DNA of 64,000 bases, taken from Escherichia coli. Its GTDB lineage: Bacteria; Pseudomonadota; Gammaproteobacteria; Enterobacterales; Enterobacteriaceae. Of the stretch, positions 40,443 to 51,013 are shown one piece after another. Every line of letters begins with the position of its first letter. Within the stretch, counting starts at the first letter, position 1. The stretch lies in assembly GCF_003334305.1 (NCBI RefSeq), contig NZ_QOWS01000026.1, one strand, 5' to 3'. A model generated the notes under the pieces. It saw only the letters and a program-made list of their open reading frames with translations, was not told the DNA's origin and made no database searches. The translations under genes and the position numbers were made by a program.

Positions 40443-41135
40443 ATGAAAAAGATTAATGCAATAATTTTATTATCTTCTCTGACCTCTGCCTCGGTATTTG
40501 CTGGCGCATACGTCGAAAACAGGGAGGCATATAATCTTGCCTCCGATCAGGGCGAGGTTATGCTACGTGTGGGTTATAACTTCGATATGGGCGCGGGTAT
40601 TATGTTAACCAATACCTACACCTTTCAGCGAGAAGATGAACTAAAACATGGCTATAATGAAATTGAAGGTTGGTATCCTTTATTCAAACCAACCGATAAA
40701 TTAACCATCCAGCCCGGTGGCTTAATTAATGATAAGAGTATCGGTTCGGGTGGTGCAGTGTATCTGGACGTCAACTATAAATTTGTACCATGGTTTAATC
40801 TGACAGTACGAAATCGCTATAACCATAATAACTATAGTTCAACAGATTTGAGCGGGGAACTGGATAATAATGACACCTATGAAATTGGCACCTACTGGAA
40901 TTTTAAAATCACCGATAAATTTTCCTATACATTTGAGCCACATTACTTCATGCGAGTGAATGACTTTAATAGTAGCAACGGGAAAGATCATCATTGGGAA
41001 ATCACTAACACCTTCCGTTACCGTATTAATGAACACTGGCTCCCTTATTTCGAATTGCGCTGGTTAGACCGCAACGTCGAACCGTACCACCGCGAGCAAA
41101 ACCAGATCCGTATCGGGACGAAGTATTTCTTCTGA
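40443..41135 (+). CDS. ompL: Outer-membrane porin OmpL
   Basis: Track ORF 40407..41135. The ATG at 40443 gives MKKINAIILLSSLTSASVFA (signal peptide). The protein has alternating beta-strand character and the terminal ...IRIGTKYFF. 230 aa. Confidence 0.9.
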   Translation: MKKINAIILLSSLTSASVFAGAYVENREAYNLASDQGEVMLRVGYNFDMGAGIMLTNTYTFQREDELKHGYNEIEGWYPLFKPTDKLTIQPGGLINDKSIGSGGAVYLDVNYKFVPWFNLTVRNRYNHNNYSSTDLSGELDNNDTYEIGTYWNFKITDKFSYTFEPHYFMRVNDFNSSNGKDHHWEITNTFRYRINEHWLPYFELRWLDRNVEPYHREQNQIRIGTKYFF

Positions 41136-41142
41136 TGTGAAA

Positions 41143-41220
<78 letters not shown>

Positions 41221-41225
41221 ATTAA

Positions 41226-42491
41226 TTAAGCTTCAGCCGCCAGCATCTCTTTCTTACGTTGGCTAATACGCTTAACCAGCATTACGGAAACCACCGCACC
41301 ACAGAATGCGAAGCAGGCCATAATGCCAAACACGATTTTGTAGCCAATAATCCCCGGATTTAAATCCAGAATGTAGCCATACAGACTGAAGCAGAACATC
41401 GCCGGGGCGTAACCAATAAAGCTACCCAACGCCATCGCCGCGCCTGTTTTATTTTCAGCAATTTTTGCTTCGCCGATAGGTGCAAAAAATACGGCTCGCT
41501 GTGTAAAGACTATCGCGCCAAAGCCCAGCGTACATGCCATCCCTAAATAGACCGGCATACTTTCGTGCGGCAGCATAATCAACAGTACGAGCGCAGCGGT
41601 ACTGATGATAAAGGTGTAGCATAGATATTTACTCGGCGATTTCAGGATCTTATCTGAAATCATGCCACCAATCGGTCCACCAATCATTTTCAGACAGTAT
41701 TGGTTAATGATGCCGTAAGCCCCCACCAGCGCAACGGGCAATAGATAGATGTTTTTCAGGAATGGAATGAAGAATGTCAGGCCACAGTAAACCGCGTAAA
41801 CGAAGAAGACGTTAAAAGCGATAAGCCAGATGGTTTTGTCTCTCAGCACCGAGGTCATACTGGTGTTTTGCGATGCTCCGTCTTCTTTTTTCACCTCAAC
41901 GGACGGTGCCTCTTCTTTGTCATTCAGGACAAAGAAAATAATAATGCCTACGGCAATCACAATAAGGGAATAGAACCAGATGCCTGCTTTAAAACCCAAT
42001 AAGCCACTGCCAAACCAGGTAAATACTGCCAACGCAGAAAATGCCACCACGGTATCGACAATGCCACGCCCTGTTTCGAAGAAGCCAAACAACCGACCTT
42101 GTTGTTCGCTATTGCCCAATCGACTTACCGACTTGAGCAAGACCGGCCAGTTCATCATGTCGCAAGTAACGCCAAATAGCGCCCAGACAAAGAGGATGCC
42201 CCAATACCCCGGCATTGTCGTCAAATAAACACCCAGTAATCCTGTCGCAATGAGTGAGAATGACATGGTGTATCTGCGCGGTAGTTTATCGGCAAAATAA
42301 ATAGACAGAAAAAAACCCACTGTCGTGACAAATGAGTTTACCGACATAGCATTACCAATTTGACCATTGGTCAAATGGAAATATTCCTGCATCGGGATAT
42401 AAAACGCATCTTTCAGCGACGGTAATTTATAAATTGTACCGCCACACAATGTTAATAGACTAAATAACGCCCATTTCTTTTTCGTGAGCAT
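41226..42491 (-). CDS. yihN: MFS transporter YihN (substrate unknown)
   Basis: 421 aa, 12 predicted TM segments, MLTKKKWALFSLLTLCGGTIYKLPSLKDAFYIPMQEYFHLTNGQIGN... Confidence 0.88.
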   Translation of the reverse strand: MLTKKKWALFSLLTLCGGTIYKLPSLKDAFYIPMQEYFHLTNGQIGNAMSVNSFVTTVGFFLSIYFADKLPRRYTMSFSLIATGLLGVYLTTMPGYWGILFVWALFGVTCDMMNWPVLLKSVSRLGNSEQQGRLFGFFETGRGIVDTVVAFSALAVFTWFGSGLLGFKAGIWFYSLIVIAVGIIIFFVLNDKEEAPSVEVKKEDGASQNTSMTSVLRDKTIWLIAFNVFFVYAVYCGLTFFIPFLKNIYLLPVALVGAYGIINQYCLKMIGGPIGGMISDKILKSPSKYLCYTFIISTAALVLLIMLPHESMPVYLGMACTLGFGAIVFTQRAVFFAPIGEAKIAENKTGAAMALGSFIGYAPAMFCFSLYGYILDLNPGIIGYKIVFGIMACFAFCGAVVSVMLVKRISQRKKEMLAAEA

Positions 42492-42592
42492 AACATCCCC
42501 TAAGCGATTTTTAAAATCACTGTTTTAAAGGCAATAAGATACCGACCATTCATATGGAATGGTTTTATTAACTGCGTATGAGTTAAAACTTA

Positions 42593-43573
42593 TTAGTGGT
42601 TCAGAAGATGGTTTGCCTCTTGTTTGATTTGTTGTAGTACGTTACGCACATGATTTATCTGATTAATTGCATCTTCTTTTTCTTTACGTAACCGCGCATC
42701 CAGTAAATGATTTTCTGGCAATGGTGTTTCACTCATCTGGCGATAAGGGATCCACGGATTATCATCTTCGTCTTCAAAGCGGAACGCCGGCGCATAGTAA
42801 TCAACCTCTTCTTCCAGGCCATATGCCGTCACCTGCGGCTCATCATCACCCAGGCATATAAGGTGCGTTAATAACGCTTTGAACGGCATATCACCCTGAC
42901 CTGAAATACAGGCTTTATGACCCAGGCCACCCGGTTCTTTAACGATCAAGGCATCTTTGATATGGACCTGGGTAATATGCGGCGCCATCGTTTTTAAAGC
43001 GTCGATGGGATGCTCATTTGCATTGATCATGTTCGCAAAATCAAACAGTAAGGAAAGAGATTCCATCTCACTTTCTTTGACCAGCGACACCAGCTCATGG
43101 CTTTTTAAATCTTCATGCTGTTCGATCGTAAAAGTCAGGCCGCTGTCCTGATACGTTTCCCGTACATAGGCAATGTCGTTAGCGATGATCGATAATACGT
43201 CGCGCAAATTACCTTCATAACGTGGATAAAAACGTACGGACGATGCCCCAGTTTTCAACGCAATGGCGACGGCTTCGTCAATAGATGCCTTATCTGAGGC
43301 GCTGGTTTCAATATGAATATCAAGGTTCAGACGGCGGGCTTTATCTCCAAAGGCAGAGAGTTCTTTATCGTCCATATTACCAAGAGAAAAACGCTCGCCA
43401 TCCAGAACATGGATTTTGACGCCACGTAGATTATTTTCACTTGCGATATCAAGTAAATCAGCAGGCAACACTCTTTCCAGCCGCATATTTAAATGAAAGG
43501 CATAAGCATGTAAATAAAGAGGAAGAGTGTCGACACGTTGTAGAATCTTTCTTGCGTTATTTATTGTCACCAT
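42593..43573 (-). CDS. yihM: Xylose-isomerase-like TIM-barrel protein (putative sugar-phosphate isomerase/epimerase) YihM
   Basis: 326 aa, MVTINNARKILQRVDTLPLYLHAYAFHLNMRLERVLPADLLDIASENNLRGVKIHV... Confidence 0.85.
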   Translation of the reverse strand: MVTINNARKILQRVDTLPLYLHAYAFHLNMRLERVLPADLLDIASENNLRGVKIHVLDGERFSLGNMDDKELSAFGDKARRLNLDIHIETSASDKASIDEAVAIALKTGASSVRFYPRYEGNLRDVLSIIANDIAYVRETYQDSGLTFTIEQHEDLKSHELVSLVKESEMESLSLLFDFANMINANEHPIDALKTMAPHITQVHIKDALIVKEPGGLGHKACISGQGDMPFKALLTHLICLGDDEPQVTAYGLEEEVDYYAPAFRFEDEDDNPWIPYRQMSETPLPENHLLDARLRKEKEDAINQINHVRNVLQQIKQEANHLLNH

Positions 43574-43580
43574 AAAACAC

Positions 43581-44291
43581 CTACAGATTAATGATGAGGT
43601 CTACGGCCTCAAATCGCCAATATTCAATATCTATCTGGACAATATTGCCTTGCTGGTCGGCGCGATGCTTTTCAATTAAGATCGCTGGCATACCCGCAGA
43701 ACCGCCAAGATACTTGCTGATATCGCCCGGCATTCTGACGGGTTTGAAAATCAATTTTTTTACTACCGTCTCTTTTTGGTAGCACTTTTCCCAGACTGCA
43801 GAAAATGAGTGGTTTTCAAGTTGTTCAATAAAACCCGGAGCAACTTCAGGATTAATATATGTTTCGTGATAGAAAACTTTATGTCCTTCCAGCGCCCCCC
43901 AGCCGGTGATGCGATAGAGTTCAGTTGATGGTGTCACTGCAATCAGTGGCGCGAGCGTCTTGGGAATATCGCTGGTACGGTTTTTCTCGGTAAACCCCCA
44001 GGAAGGCTCTCGTCCTTGCTCAATTGCGGCCCGCTGAAAGCTCGCCGACAACTCCGGACTGTAATTAAATCGCGGCTGGGTCACGAACCACCCCTTACGA
44101 TCCTTACGGAAGATTTTGGATTCTGCCTCGAGGTTCAACAACGCCTGGCGCAGCGTCATACGTTTAATGCCCAGCAGTTCTCCCAGCTCTCTTTCTGAAG
44201 GGAGTTTTCCACCCGGCGTGGTGATGCCATCTTTCAACCACCGATCCAGTTTCTCTTTTGCATTTTCTACGGTGGATTGATTCTCCGCCAT
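43581..44291 (-). CDS. yihL: GntR-family (HutC/UTRA-type) transcriptional regulator YihL
   Basis: 236 aa. The wHTH reads LPSERELGELLGIKRMTLRQALLNLEAESKIFRKDRKGWFV. The stop is 7 nt from the yihM start. Confidence 0.88.
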   Translation of the reverse strand: MAENQSTVENAKEKLDRWLKDGITTPGGKLPSERELGELLGIKRMTLRQALLNLEAESKIFRKDRKGWFVTQPRFNYSPELSASFQRAAIEQGREPSWGFTEKNRTSDIPKTLAPLIAVTPSTELYRITGWGALEGHKVFYHETYINPEVAPGFIEQLENHSFSAVWEKCYQKETVVKKLIFKPVRMPGDISKYLGGSAGMPAILIEKHRADQQGNIVQIDIEYWRFEAVDLIINL

Positions 44292-44304
44292 TGTTTAATC
44301 CTTT

Positions 44305-44316
44305 TGGTTTAAACCA
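44305..44316. promoter_or_regulatory. Perfect 12-bp palindrome TGGTTTAAACCA, candidate YihL operator
   Basis: It lies 14-25 bp upstream of the yihL ATG, abutting the aagga SD. Its shape matches HutC-type operators (GGT-N-ACC cores). Confidence 0.4.
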
Positions 44317-44456
44317 GATGAAGCATCTTACGCTTACGCCAAAAAAGAAAGCAATTAACGGCGTATGACTTTGCAGATAATTGTGACAAAGCTCTCTATT
44401 GACGTAATCCCAGACTTATAAGGGAGATACTCGCATTGGTGTGCGCTCACGACAGG

Positions 44457-44490
44457 TAAAAAAAAACCTGCCAGCGATGGCAGGTTTTTT
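44457..44490. terminator. Bidirectional rho-independent terminator downstream of bipA
   Basis: aaaaaaaaa-acctgcc-agcga-tggcaggt-tttttt, flanked by A and T runs. Confidence 0.85.
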
Positions 44491-44507
44491 ATAACTAAAA
44501 AACGAAA

Positions 44508-46331
44508 TTAATCGTCTTTCGGTGCGCGGTTGGCGCGGCGACGATCGTTTTCCGTCAGGTGACGTTTACGAATACGGATAGAGGTCGGAGTCACTTCTAC
44601 TAGTTCGTCATCATCGATGAACTCCAGAGCTTGTTCCAGAGTCATGCGGATAGGCGGAACCAGAACAACGGCTTCGTCAGTACCGGAAGCACGCATGTTG
44701 GTCAGTTTCTTACCGGTCAGGCAGTTTACCGTCAGGTCGTTAGAGCGGCTATGAATACCGATAATCTGACCTTCGTAAACTTCTGCACCGTGACCGAGGA
44801 ACAGCTTACCGCGATCCTGCAGACCGAACAGCGCGAACGCGACCGCTTTACCCTGACCGTTAGAGATCAGTACGCCGTTCTGACGCTGACCCACTTCACC
44901 CGGACGTACGTCGTCGTAGTGGCTGAAGGTGGAGTACAGCAGACCAGTACCGGAAGTCATGGTCATGAACTCAGAACGGAAGCCAATCAGACCACGGCTT
45001 GGGATCACGTAGTCGAGACGTACGCGGCCTTTACCGTCTGGATTCATGTTTTTCAGGTCGCCTTTACGTTCGCCCAGCGCCTGCATTACAGAACCCTGAT
45101 GCTGTTCTTCAACGTCCAGAGTCACGTTTTCATATGGCTCTTGTTTACGACCGTCGATTTCACGGAAGATAACTTTCGGACGGGATACCGCCAGTTCGAA
45201 ACCTTCACGACGCATGTTTTCGATCAGAACAGACAGGTGTAGTTCGCCACGACCAGAAACGCGGAACGCATCAGCGTCTTCGGTTTCTTCTACGCGCAGC
45301 GCAACGTTGTGTACCAGTTCTTTGTTCAGACGATCCAGGATCTGACGAGACGTTACGAACTTACCTTCTTTACCGCAGAACGGCGAGGTGTTAACGCAGA
45401 AGAACATAGAAACGGTCGGCTCATCAACGGAGAGTGCCGGCAGCGCTTCAACGTTTTGCGTGTCGCAAACGGTGTCAGAAATGTTCAGTTCGCCAAGGCC
45501 CGTGATCGCAACGATATCGCCAGCTTCCGCCAGGTCGGTTTCGATACGTTCCAGACCGAGGTGGCCCAGCACTTTACCGACTTTCGCGTTGCGGGTTTTG
45601 CCTTCGCTATCGATGATAGTGACCTGCTGGTTCGGCTTCACTTTACCGCGCTTGATGCGGCCAATGCCGATAACGCCAACATAGCTGTTGTAATCGAGCT
45701 GAGAAATCTGCATCTGGAACGGACCGTCAAGGTCAACGTCCGGCGCAGGAACGTGGTCAACAATCGCCTGGTACAGCGGGGTCATGTCTTCCGCCATATC
45801 TTCGTGGTCCAGACCCGCGATACCGTTCAGCGCAGAAGCGTAAACGATCGGGAAGTCCAACTGCTCGTCGGTCGCGTCGAGGTTAACGAACAGATCGAAT
45901 ACCTGATCCACAACCCAATCAGGACGCGCGCCAGGGCGGTCAACTTTGTTGATAACAACAATCGGCTTCAGGCCGTAAGCAAACGCTTTTTTGGTTACGA
46001 AGCGCGTTTGCGGCATCGGGCCGTCAAATGCGTCAACCACCAGCAGCACTGAGTCTACCATGGACATTACACGTTCAACTTCACCACCGAAGTCGGCGTG
46101 CCCCGGGGTATCAACGATGTTGATACGGTAATCATTCCATTTGATAGCGGTGTTTTTCGCGAGGATGGTAATCCCACGCTCTTTCTCCAAATCGTTGGAG
46201 TCCATCACGCGCTCTTGGGTTTCGGCACGAGAGTCGAACGTACCGGATTGTTGGAGCAGCTTGTCTACCAGGGTGGTTTTACCATGGTCTACGTGCGCGA
46301 TGATGGCGATATTACGCAATTTTTCGATCAC
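44508..46331 (-). CDS. bipA: Ribosome-associated translational GTPase BipA/TypA
   Basis: 607 aa, [32 protein letters not shown]...[15 protein letters not shown]... Confidence 0.97.
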   Translation of the reverse strand: MIEKLRNIAIIAHVDHGKTTLVDKLLQQSGTFDSRAETQERVMDSNDLEKERGITILAKNTAIKWNDYRINIVDTPGHADFGGEVERVMSMVDSVLLVVDAFDGPMPQTRFVTKKAFAYGLKPIVVINKVDRPGARPDWVVDQVFDLFVNLDATDEQLDFPIVYASALNGIAGLDHEDMAEDMTPLYQAIVDHVPAPDVDLDGPFQMQISQLDYNSYVGVIGIGRIKRGKVKPNQQVTIIDSEGKTRNAKVGKVLGHLGLERIETDLAEAGDIVAITGLGELNISDTVCDTQNVEALPALSVDEPTVSMFFCVNTSPFCGKEGKFVTSRQILDRLNKELVHNVALRVEETEDADAFRVSGRGELHLSVLIENMRREGFELAVSRPKVIFREIDGRKQEPYENVTLDVEEQHQGSVMQALGERKGDLKNMNPDGKGRVRLDYVIPSRGLIGFRSEFMTMTSGTGLLYSTFSHYDDVRPGEVGQRQNGVLISNGQGKAVAFALFGLQDRGKLFLGHGAEVYEGQIIGIHSRSNDLTVNCLTGKKLTNMRASGTDEAVVLVPPIRMTLEQALEFIDDDELVEVTPTSIRIRKRHLTENDRRRANRAPKDD

Positions 46332-46482
46332 AACTTTGCCTCAGGCATTAGAAATAGCGCGTTATTGTACACGGATTAATCGCACTACAAAACAGGATCA
46401 CAAACATCCTCCGCAAACAAGTATTGCAGAGTCCCTTTGTGATCGCTTTCACGGAGCATAAAAAGGGTTATCCAAAGGTCAT

Positions 46483-46573
46483 TGCACCAACATGGTGCTT
46501 AATGTTTCCATTGAAGCACTATATTGGTGCAACATTCACATCGTGGTGCAGCCCTTTTGCACGATGGTGCGCA
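46483..46573. promoter_or_regulatory. NtrC enhancer sites upstream of glnA
   Basis: There are four TGCACC-N5-GGTGCA-like sites: tgcaccaacatggtgct (46483), gcactatattggtgca (46516), ttcacatcgtggtgca (46535) and tgcacgatggtgcgca (46558). Confidence 0.85.
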
Positions 46574-46604
46574 TGATAACGCCTTTTAGGGGCAATTTAA
46601 AAGT

Positions 46605-46620
46605 TGGCACAGATTTCGCT
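46605..46620 (+). promoter_or_regulatory. glnAp2 sigma-54 promoter
   Basis: TGGCACagattTCGCT has the canonical -24 GG / -12 GC spacing and lies about 85 nt upstream of the glnA ATG. Confidence 0.9.
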
Positions 46621-46703
46621 TTATCTTTTTTACGGCGACACGGCCAAAATAATTGCAGATTTCGTTACCACGACGACCATGACCAATCCAGGAGAGTTAA
46701 AGT

Positions 46704-48113
46704 ATGTCCGCTGAACACGTACTGACGATGCTGAACGAGCACGAAGTGAAGTTTGTTGATTTGCGCTTCACCGATACTAAAGGTAAAGAACAGCACGTCA
46801 CTATCCCTGCTCATCAGGTGAATGCTGAATTCTTCGAAGAAGGCAAAATGTTTGACGGCTCCTCGATTGGCGGCTGGAAAGGCATTAACGAGTCCGACAT
46901 GGTGCTGATGCCAGACGCATCCACCGCAGTGATTGACCCGTTCTTCGCCGACTCCACCCTGATTATCCGTTGCGACATCCTTGAACCTGGCACCCTGCAA
47001 GGCTATGACCGTGACCCGCGCTCCATTGCGAAGCGCGCCGAAGATTACCTGCGTTCCACTGGCATTGCCGACACCGTACTGTTCGGGCCAGAACCTGAAT
47101 TCTTCCTGTTCGATGACATCCGTTTCGGATCATCTATCTCCGGTTCCCACGTTGCTATCGACGATATCGAAGGCGCATGGAACTCCTCCACCCAATACGA
47201 AGGTGGTAACAAAGGTCACCGTCCGGCAGTGAAAGGCGGTTACTTCCCGGTTCCACCGGTAGACTCGGCTCAGGATATTCGTTCTGAAATGTGTCTGGTG
47301 ATGGAACAGATGGGTCTGGTGGTTGAAGCCCATCACCACGAAGTAGCGACTGCTGGTCAGAACGAAGTGGCTACCCGCTTCAATACCATGACCAAAAAAG
47401 CTGACGAAATTCAGATCTACAAATATGTTGTGCACAACGTAGCGCACCGCTTCGGTAAAACCGCGACCTTTATGCCAAAACCGATGTTCGGTGATAACGG
47501 CTCCGGTATGCACTGCCACATGTCTCTGTCTAAAAACGGCGTTAACCTGTTCGCAGGCGACAAATACGCAGGTCTGTCTGAGCAGGCGCTGTACTACATT
47601 GGCGGCGTAATCAAACACGCTAAAGCGATTAACGCCCTGGCAAACCCGACCACCAACTCTTATAAGCGTCTGGTCCCGGGCTATGAAGCACCGGTAATGC
47701 TGGCTTACTCTGCGCGTAACCGTTCTGCGTCTATCCGTATTCCGGTGGTTTCTTCTCCGAAAGCACGTCGTATCGAAGTACGTTTCCCGGATCCGGCAGC
47801 TAACCCGTACCTGTGCTTTGCTGCCCTGCTGATGGCCGGTCTTGATGGTATCAAGAACAAGATCCATCCGGGCGAAGCCATGGACAAAAACCTGTATGAC
47901 CTGCCGCCAGAAGAAGCGAAAGAGATCCCACAGGTTGCAGGCTCTCTGGAAGAAGCACTGAACGAACTGGATCTGGACCGCGAGTTCCTGAAAGCCGGTG
48001 GCGTGTTCACTGACGAAGCAATTGATGCGTACATCGCTCTGCGTCGCGAAGAAGATGACCGCGTGCGTATGACTCCGCATCCGGTAGAGTTTGAGCTGTA
48101 CTACAGCGTCTAA
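46704..48113 (+). CDS. glnA: Glutamine synthetase
   Basis: 469 aa, [39 protein letters not shown]... Confidence 0.98.
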
Positions 48114-48344
48114 TAGTTGAAGTTGTACTACCCGGCGCAACAACGCCGGAGGTTCAAACCAGGCCCATCTGGCGTAATTGTTGCAGCCAGTTTGAACACG
48201 GACAGCGCGCAGAACCCGGAGCGTACACTGGTACGTGAGGAGTTCGAGCACTGCCCAGGTTCAAAATGGCAAATAAAATAGCCTGATGGGACTGGTTTTT
48301 AGTTGCCGTGGAAATTTCAGCCCATCTCTGCATGGGCTTTTTTC
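48114..48344 (+). ncRNA. glnZ: glnA 3'UTR, source of the 3'UTR-derived sRNA GlnZ (5' end set by processing, not determinable here)
   Basis: A 231-nt non-coding tail lies between the glnA stop and a strong terminator. GlnZ has been reported from the enterobacterial glnA 3'UTR (my recollection). Internal pairings are visible (ggttcaaac / gtttgaac). Confidence 0.5.
48319..48344 (+). terminator. glnA / GlnZ rho-independent terminator
   Basis: agcccat-ctctgc-atgggct followed by tttttt. Confidence 0.85.
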
Positions 48345-48388
48345 TCCGTCAATTCTCTGATGCTTCGCGCTTTTTATCCGTAAAAAGC

Positions 48389-48410
48389 TATAATGCACTA
48401 AAATGGTGCA
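48389..48410 (+). promoter_or_regulatory. glnL promoter -10 with overlapping NtrC operator
   Basis: TATAAT at 48389-48394 is immediately followed by, and overlaps, tgcactaaaatggtgca (NtrC consensus). Confidence 0.8.
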
Positions 48411-48431
48411 ACCTGTTCAGGAGACTGCTTT

Positions 48432-49481
48432 ATGGCAACAGGCACGCAGCCCGATGCTGGGCAGATCCTCAACTCGCTGATTAACAGTATTTTGTTAATC
48501 GATGACAACCTGGCGATCCATTACGCCAACCCTGCCGCGCAACAACTGCTCGCCCAAAGCTCCCGCAAATTGTTTGGTACACCGTTACCGGAACTGTTGA
48601 GCTACTTCTCATTAAATATCGAGCTGATGCAAGAAAGTCTGGAGGCGGGGCAAGGTTTTACCGATAACGAAGTGACGCTGGTCATCGACGGGCGCTCGCA
48701 TATCCTTTCTGTGACGGCCCAGCGTATGCCGGACGGCATGATCCTGCTGGAGATGGCTCCGATGGATAACCAGCGCCGCTTAAGTCAGGAACAGCTACAG
48801 CACGCCCAGCAGGTTGCTGCCCGTGATTTAGTGCGCGGCCTGGCACATGAGATTAAAAATCCGCTTGGCGGTTTACGTGGCGCGGCGCAGCTGCTCAGCA
48901 AAGCGTTACCTGACCCATCACTACTCGAATATACCAAAGTGATTATCGAACAGGCGGACCGGCTGCGAAATCTGGTCGACCGTCTGTTGGGGCCGCAGCT
49001 GCCCGGTACGCGCGTTACCGAAAGTATTCACAAAGTGGCTGAACGCGTGGTAACGCTGGTGTCGATGGAACTGCCGGACAACGTGCGGTTGATTCGTGAT
49101 TACGATCCCAGCCTGCCGGAACTGGCGCACGACCCGGATCAAATTGAACAGGTCTTGCTGAATATTGTGCGCAATGCGCTACAGGCGCTGGGGCCGGAAG
49201 GCGGTGAAATCATTCTGCGTACCCGCACCGCGTTTCAACTGACCTTACACGGCGAGCGCTACCGGCTGGCGGCGCGGATTGATGTGGAAGATAACGGGCC
49301 GGGCATTCCGCCTCATTTGCAGGATACGCTGTTTTACCCGATGGTCAGCGGCCGCGAAGGTGGCACCGGGCTTGGCTTATCCATCGCTCGTAATTTGATT
49401 GATCAGCATTCAGGCAAAATTGAATTTACCAGTTGGCCAGGGCATACCGAGTTCTCGGTTTACCTGCCTATCAGGAAATAA
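48432..49481 (+). CDS. glnL: Nitrogen-regulation sensor kinase NtrB
   Basis: 349 aa with the H-box [11 protein letters not shown] and PAS and HATPase domains. Confidence 0.97.
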
Positions 49482-49492
49482 AGGTGACGTTT

Positions 49493-50902
49493 ATGCAACG
49501 AGGGATAGTCTGGGTAGTCGATGACGATAGTTCCATCCGTTGGGTGCTTGAACGTGCGCTCGCTGGAGCGGGTTTAACCTGTACGACATTTGAGAACGGC
49601 GCGGAAGTACTGGAGGCGCTGGCGAGCAAAACGCCGGATGTGCTGCTTTCAGATATCCGTATGCCGGGAATGGACGGGCTGGCGCTGCTCAAGCAGATTA
49701 AACAGCGCCATCCAATGCTTCCGGTCATCATTATGACCGCACATTCCGATCTGGATGCTGCCGTCAGCGCCTATCAACAAGGTGCGTTTGATTATCTGCC
49801 CAAACCGTTTGATATCGACGAAGCAGTGGCGCTGGTTGAGCGCGCTATCAGTCATTACCAGGAACAGCAGCAGCCGCGTAATATTCAGCTTAACGGCCCA
49901 ACGACCGATATCATCGGCGAAGCGCCAGCCATGCAGGACGTGTTCCGTATTATCGGTCGGCTTTCGCGTTCTTCTATTAGCGTGCTGATTAACGGCGAAT
50001 CCGGCACCGGTAAAGAACTGGTCGCTCATGCCCTGCATCGCCACAGTCCGCGCGCCAAAGCGCCGTTTATCGCGCTGAATATGGCAGCTATCCCAAAAGA
50101 TTTGATCGAATCAGAACTGTTTGGCCACGAGAAAGGCGCGTTTACTGGCGCGAATACCATTCGTCAGGGGCGTTTTGAACAGGCCGATGGCGGTACATTA
50201 TTCCTCGACGAAATTGGTGATATGCCGCTGGATGTGCAGACGCGTTTGCTGCGCGTGCTGGCAGACGGTCAGTTTTACCGCGTTGGCGGCTATGCGCCGG
50301 TGAAAGTGGATGTGCGGATTATCGCTGCCACTCACCAGAATCTCGAACAGCGAGTGCAGGAAGGTAAGTTCCGTGAGGATCTGTTCCACCGCCTGAACGT
50401 TATCCGCGTTCATCTGCCGCCGCTGCGCGAACGTCGGGAAGATATTCCCCGTCTGGCGCGCCATTTTTTACAGGTTGCCGCGCGCGAACTGGGCGTAGAA
50501 GCGAAGTTACTGCATCCGGAAACCGAAGCTGCTCTGACGCGTCTGGCGTGGCCAGGCAACGTGCGCCAGCTGGAAAACACCTGCCGCTGGCTAACGGTGA
50601 TGGCCGCCGGGCAGGAAGTGTTGATTCAGGATTTGCCCGGCGAACTGTTTGAATCAACGGTTGCGGAGAGTACTTCGCAAATGCAACCGGACAGCTGGGC
50701 GACGCTTCTTGCGCAGTGGGCAGACAGAGCGCTGCGTTCCGGTCATCAAAATCTGCTTTCCGAAGCGCAGCCAGAGCTGGAGCGGACGTTACTGACGACC
50801 GCGTTGCGACATACGCAGGGGCATAAACAGGAAGCGGCGCGGCTACTCGGCTGGGGCCGCAACACCCTGACGCGTAAGTTAAAAGAGCTGGGGATGGAGT
50901 GA
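49493..50902 (+). CDS. glnG: Sigma-54 enhancer-binding response regulator NtrC
   Basis: Track ORF 49433..50902. The ATG at 49493 gives [23 protein letters not shown]..., 469 aa, with GESGTGKE (AAA+) and GAFTGA motifs. Confidence 0.97.
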   Translation: MQRGIVWVVDDDSSIRWVLERALAGAGLTCTTFENGAEVLEALASKTPDVLLSDIRMPGMDGLALLKQIKQRHPMLPVIIMTAHSDLDAAVSAYQQGAFDYLPKPFDIDEAVALVERAISHYQEQQQPRNIQLNGPTTDIIGEAPAMQDVFRIIGRLSRSSISVLINGESGTGKELVAHALHRHSPRAKAPFIALNMAAIPKDLIESELFGHEKGAFTGANTIRQGRFEQADGGTLFLDEIGDMPLDVQTRLLRVLADGQFYRVGGYAPVKVDVRIIAATHQNLEQRVQEGKFREDLFHRLNVIRVHLPPLRERREDIPRLARHFLQVAARELGVEAKLLHPETEAALTRLAWPGNVRQLENTCRWLTVMAAGQEVLIQDLPGELFESTVAESTSQMQPDSWATLLAQWADRALRSGHQNLLSEAQPELERTLLTTALRHTQGHKQEAARLLGWGRNTLTRKLKELGME

Positions 50903-51013
50903 TTCACAGCTTGTGTGTAAAGATTGATTATTGAGCGCAAATTGCTGGTATTTTACGCTTTACTGTTCCGATAAGTTCAGTATGATCTTGCCCGGAAAAC
51001 GGGGAGAGTCATT

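Noticed and set aside
45309-46052. 247-aa plus-strand ORF (and 44631..45242) inside bipA
   Set aside because: It is antisense to bipA. The translation is Arg/Val/Asn-rich with no motifs. This is a classic shadow frame of a highly expressed gene.
47130-48251. 373-aa minus-strand ORF covering most of glnA
   Set aside because: It is antisense to a highly conserved, clearly identified gene. The translation is Arg/Val/Phe-rich low-complexity, typical of a shadow frame of a high-codon-bias gene. It has no SD and no recognisable domain.
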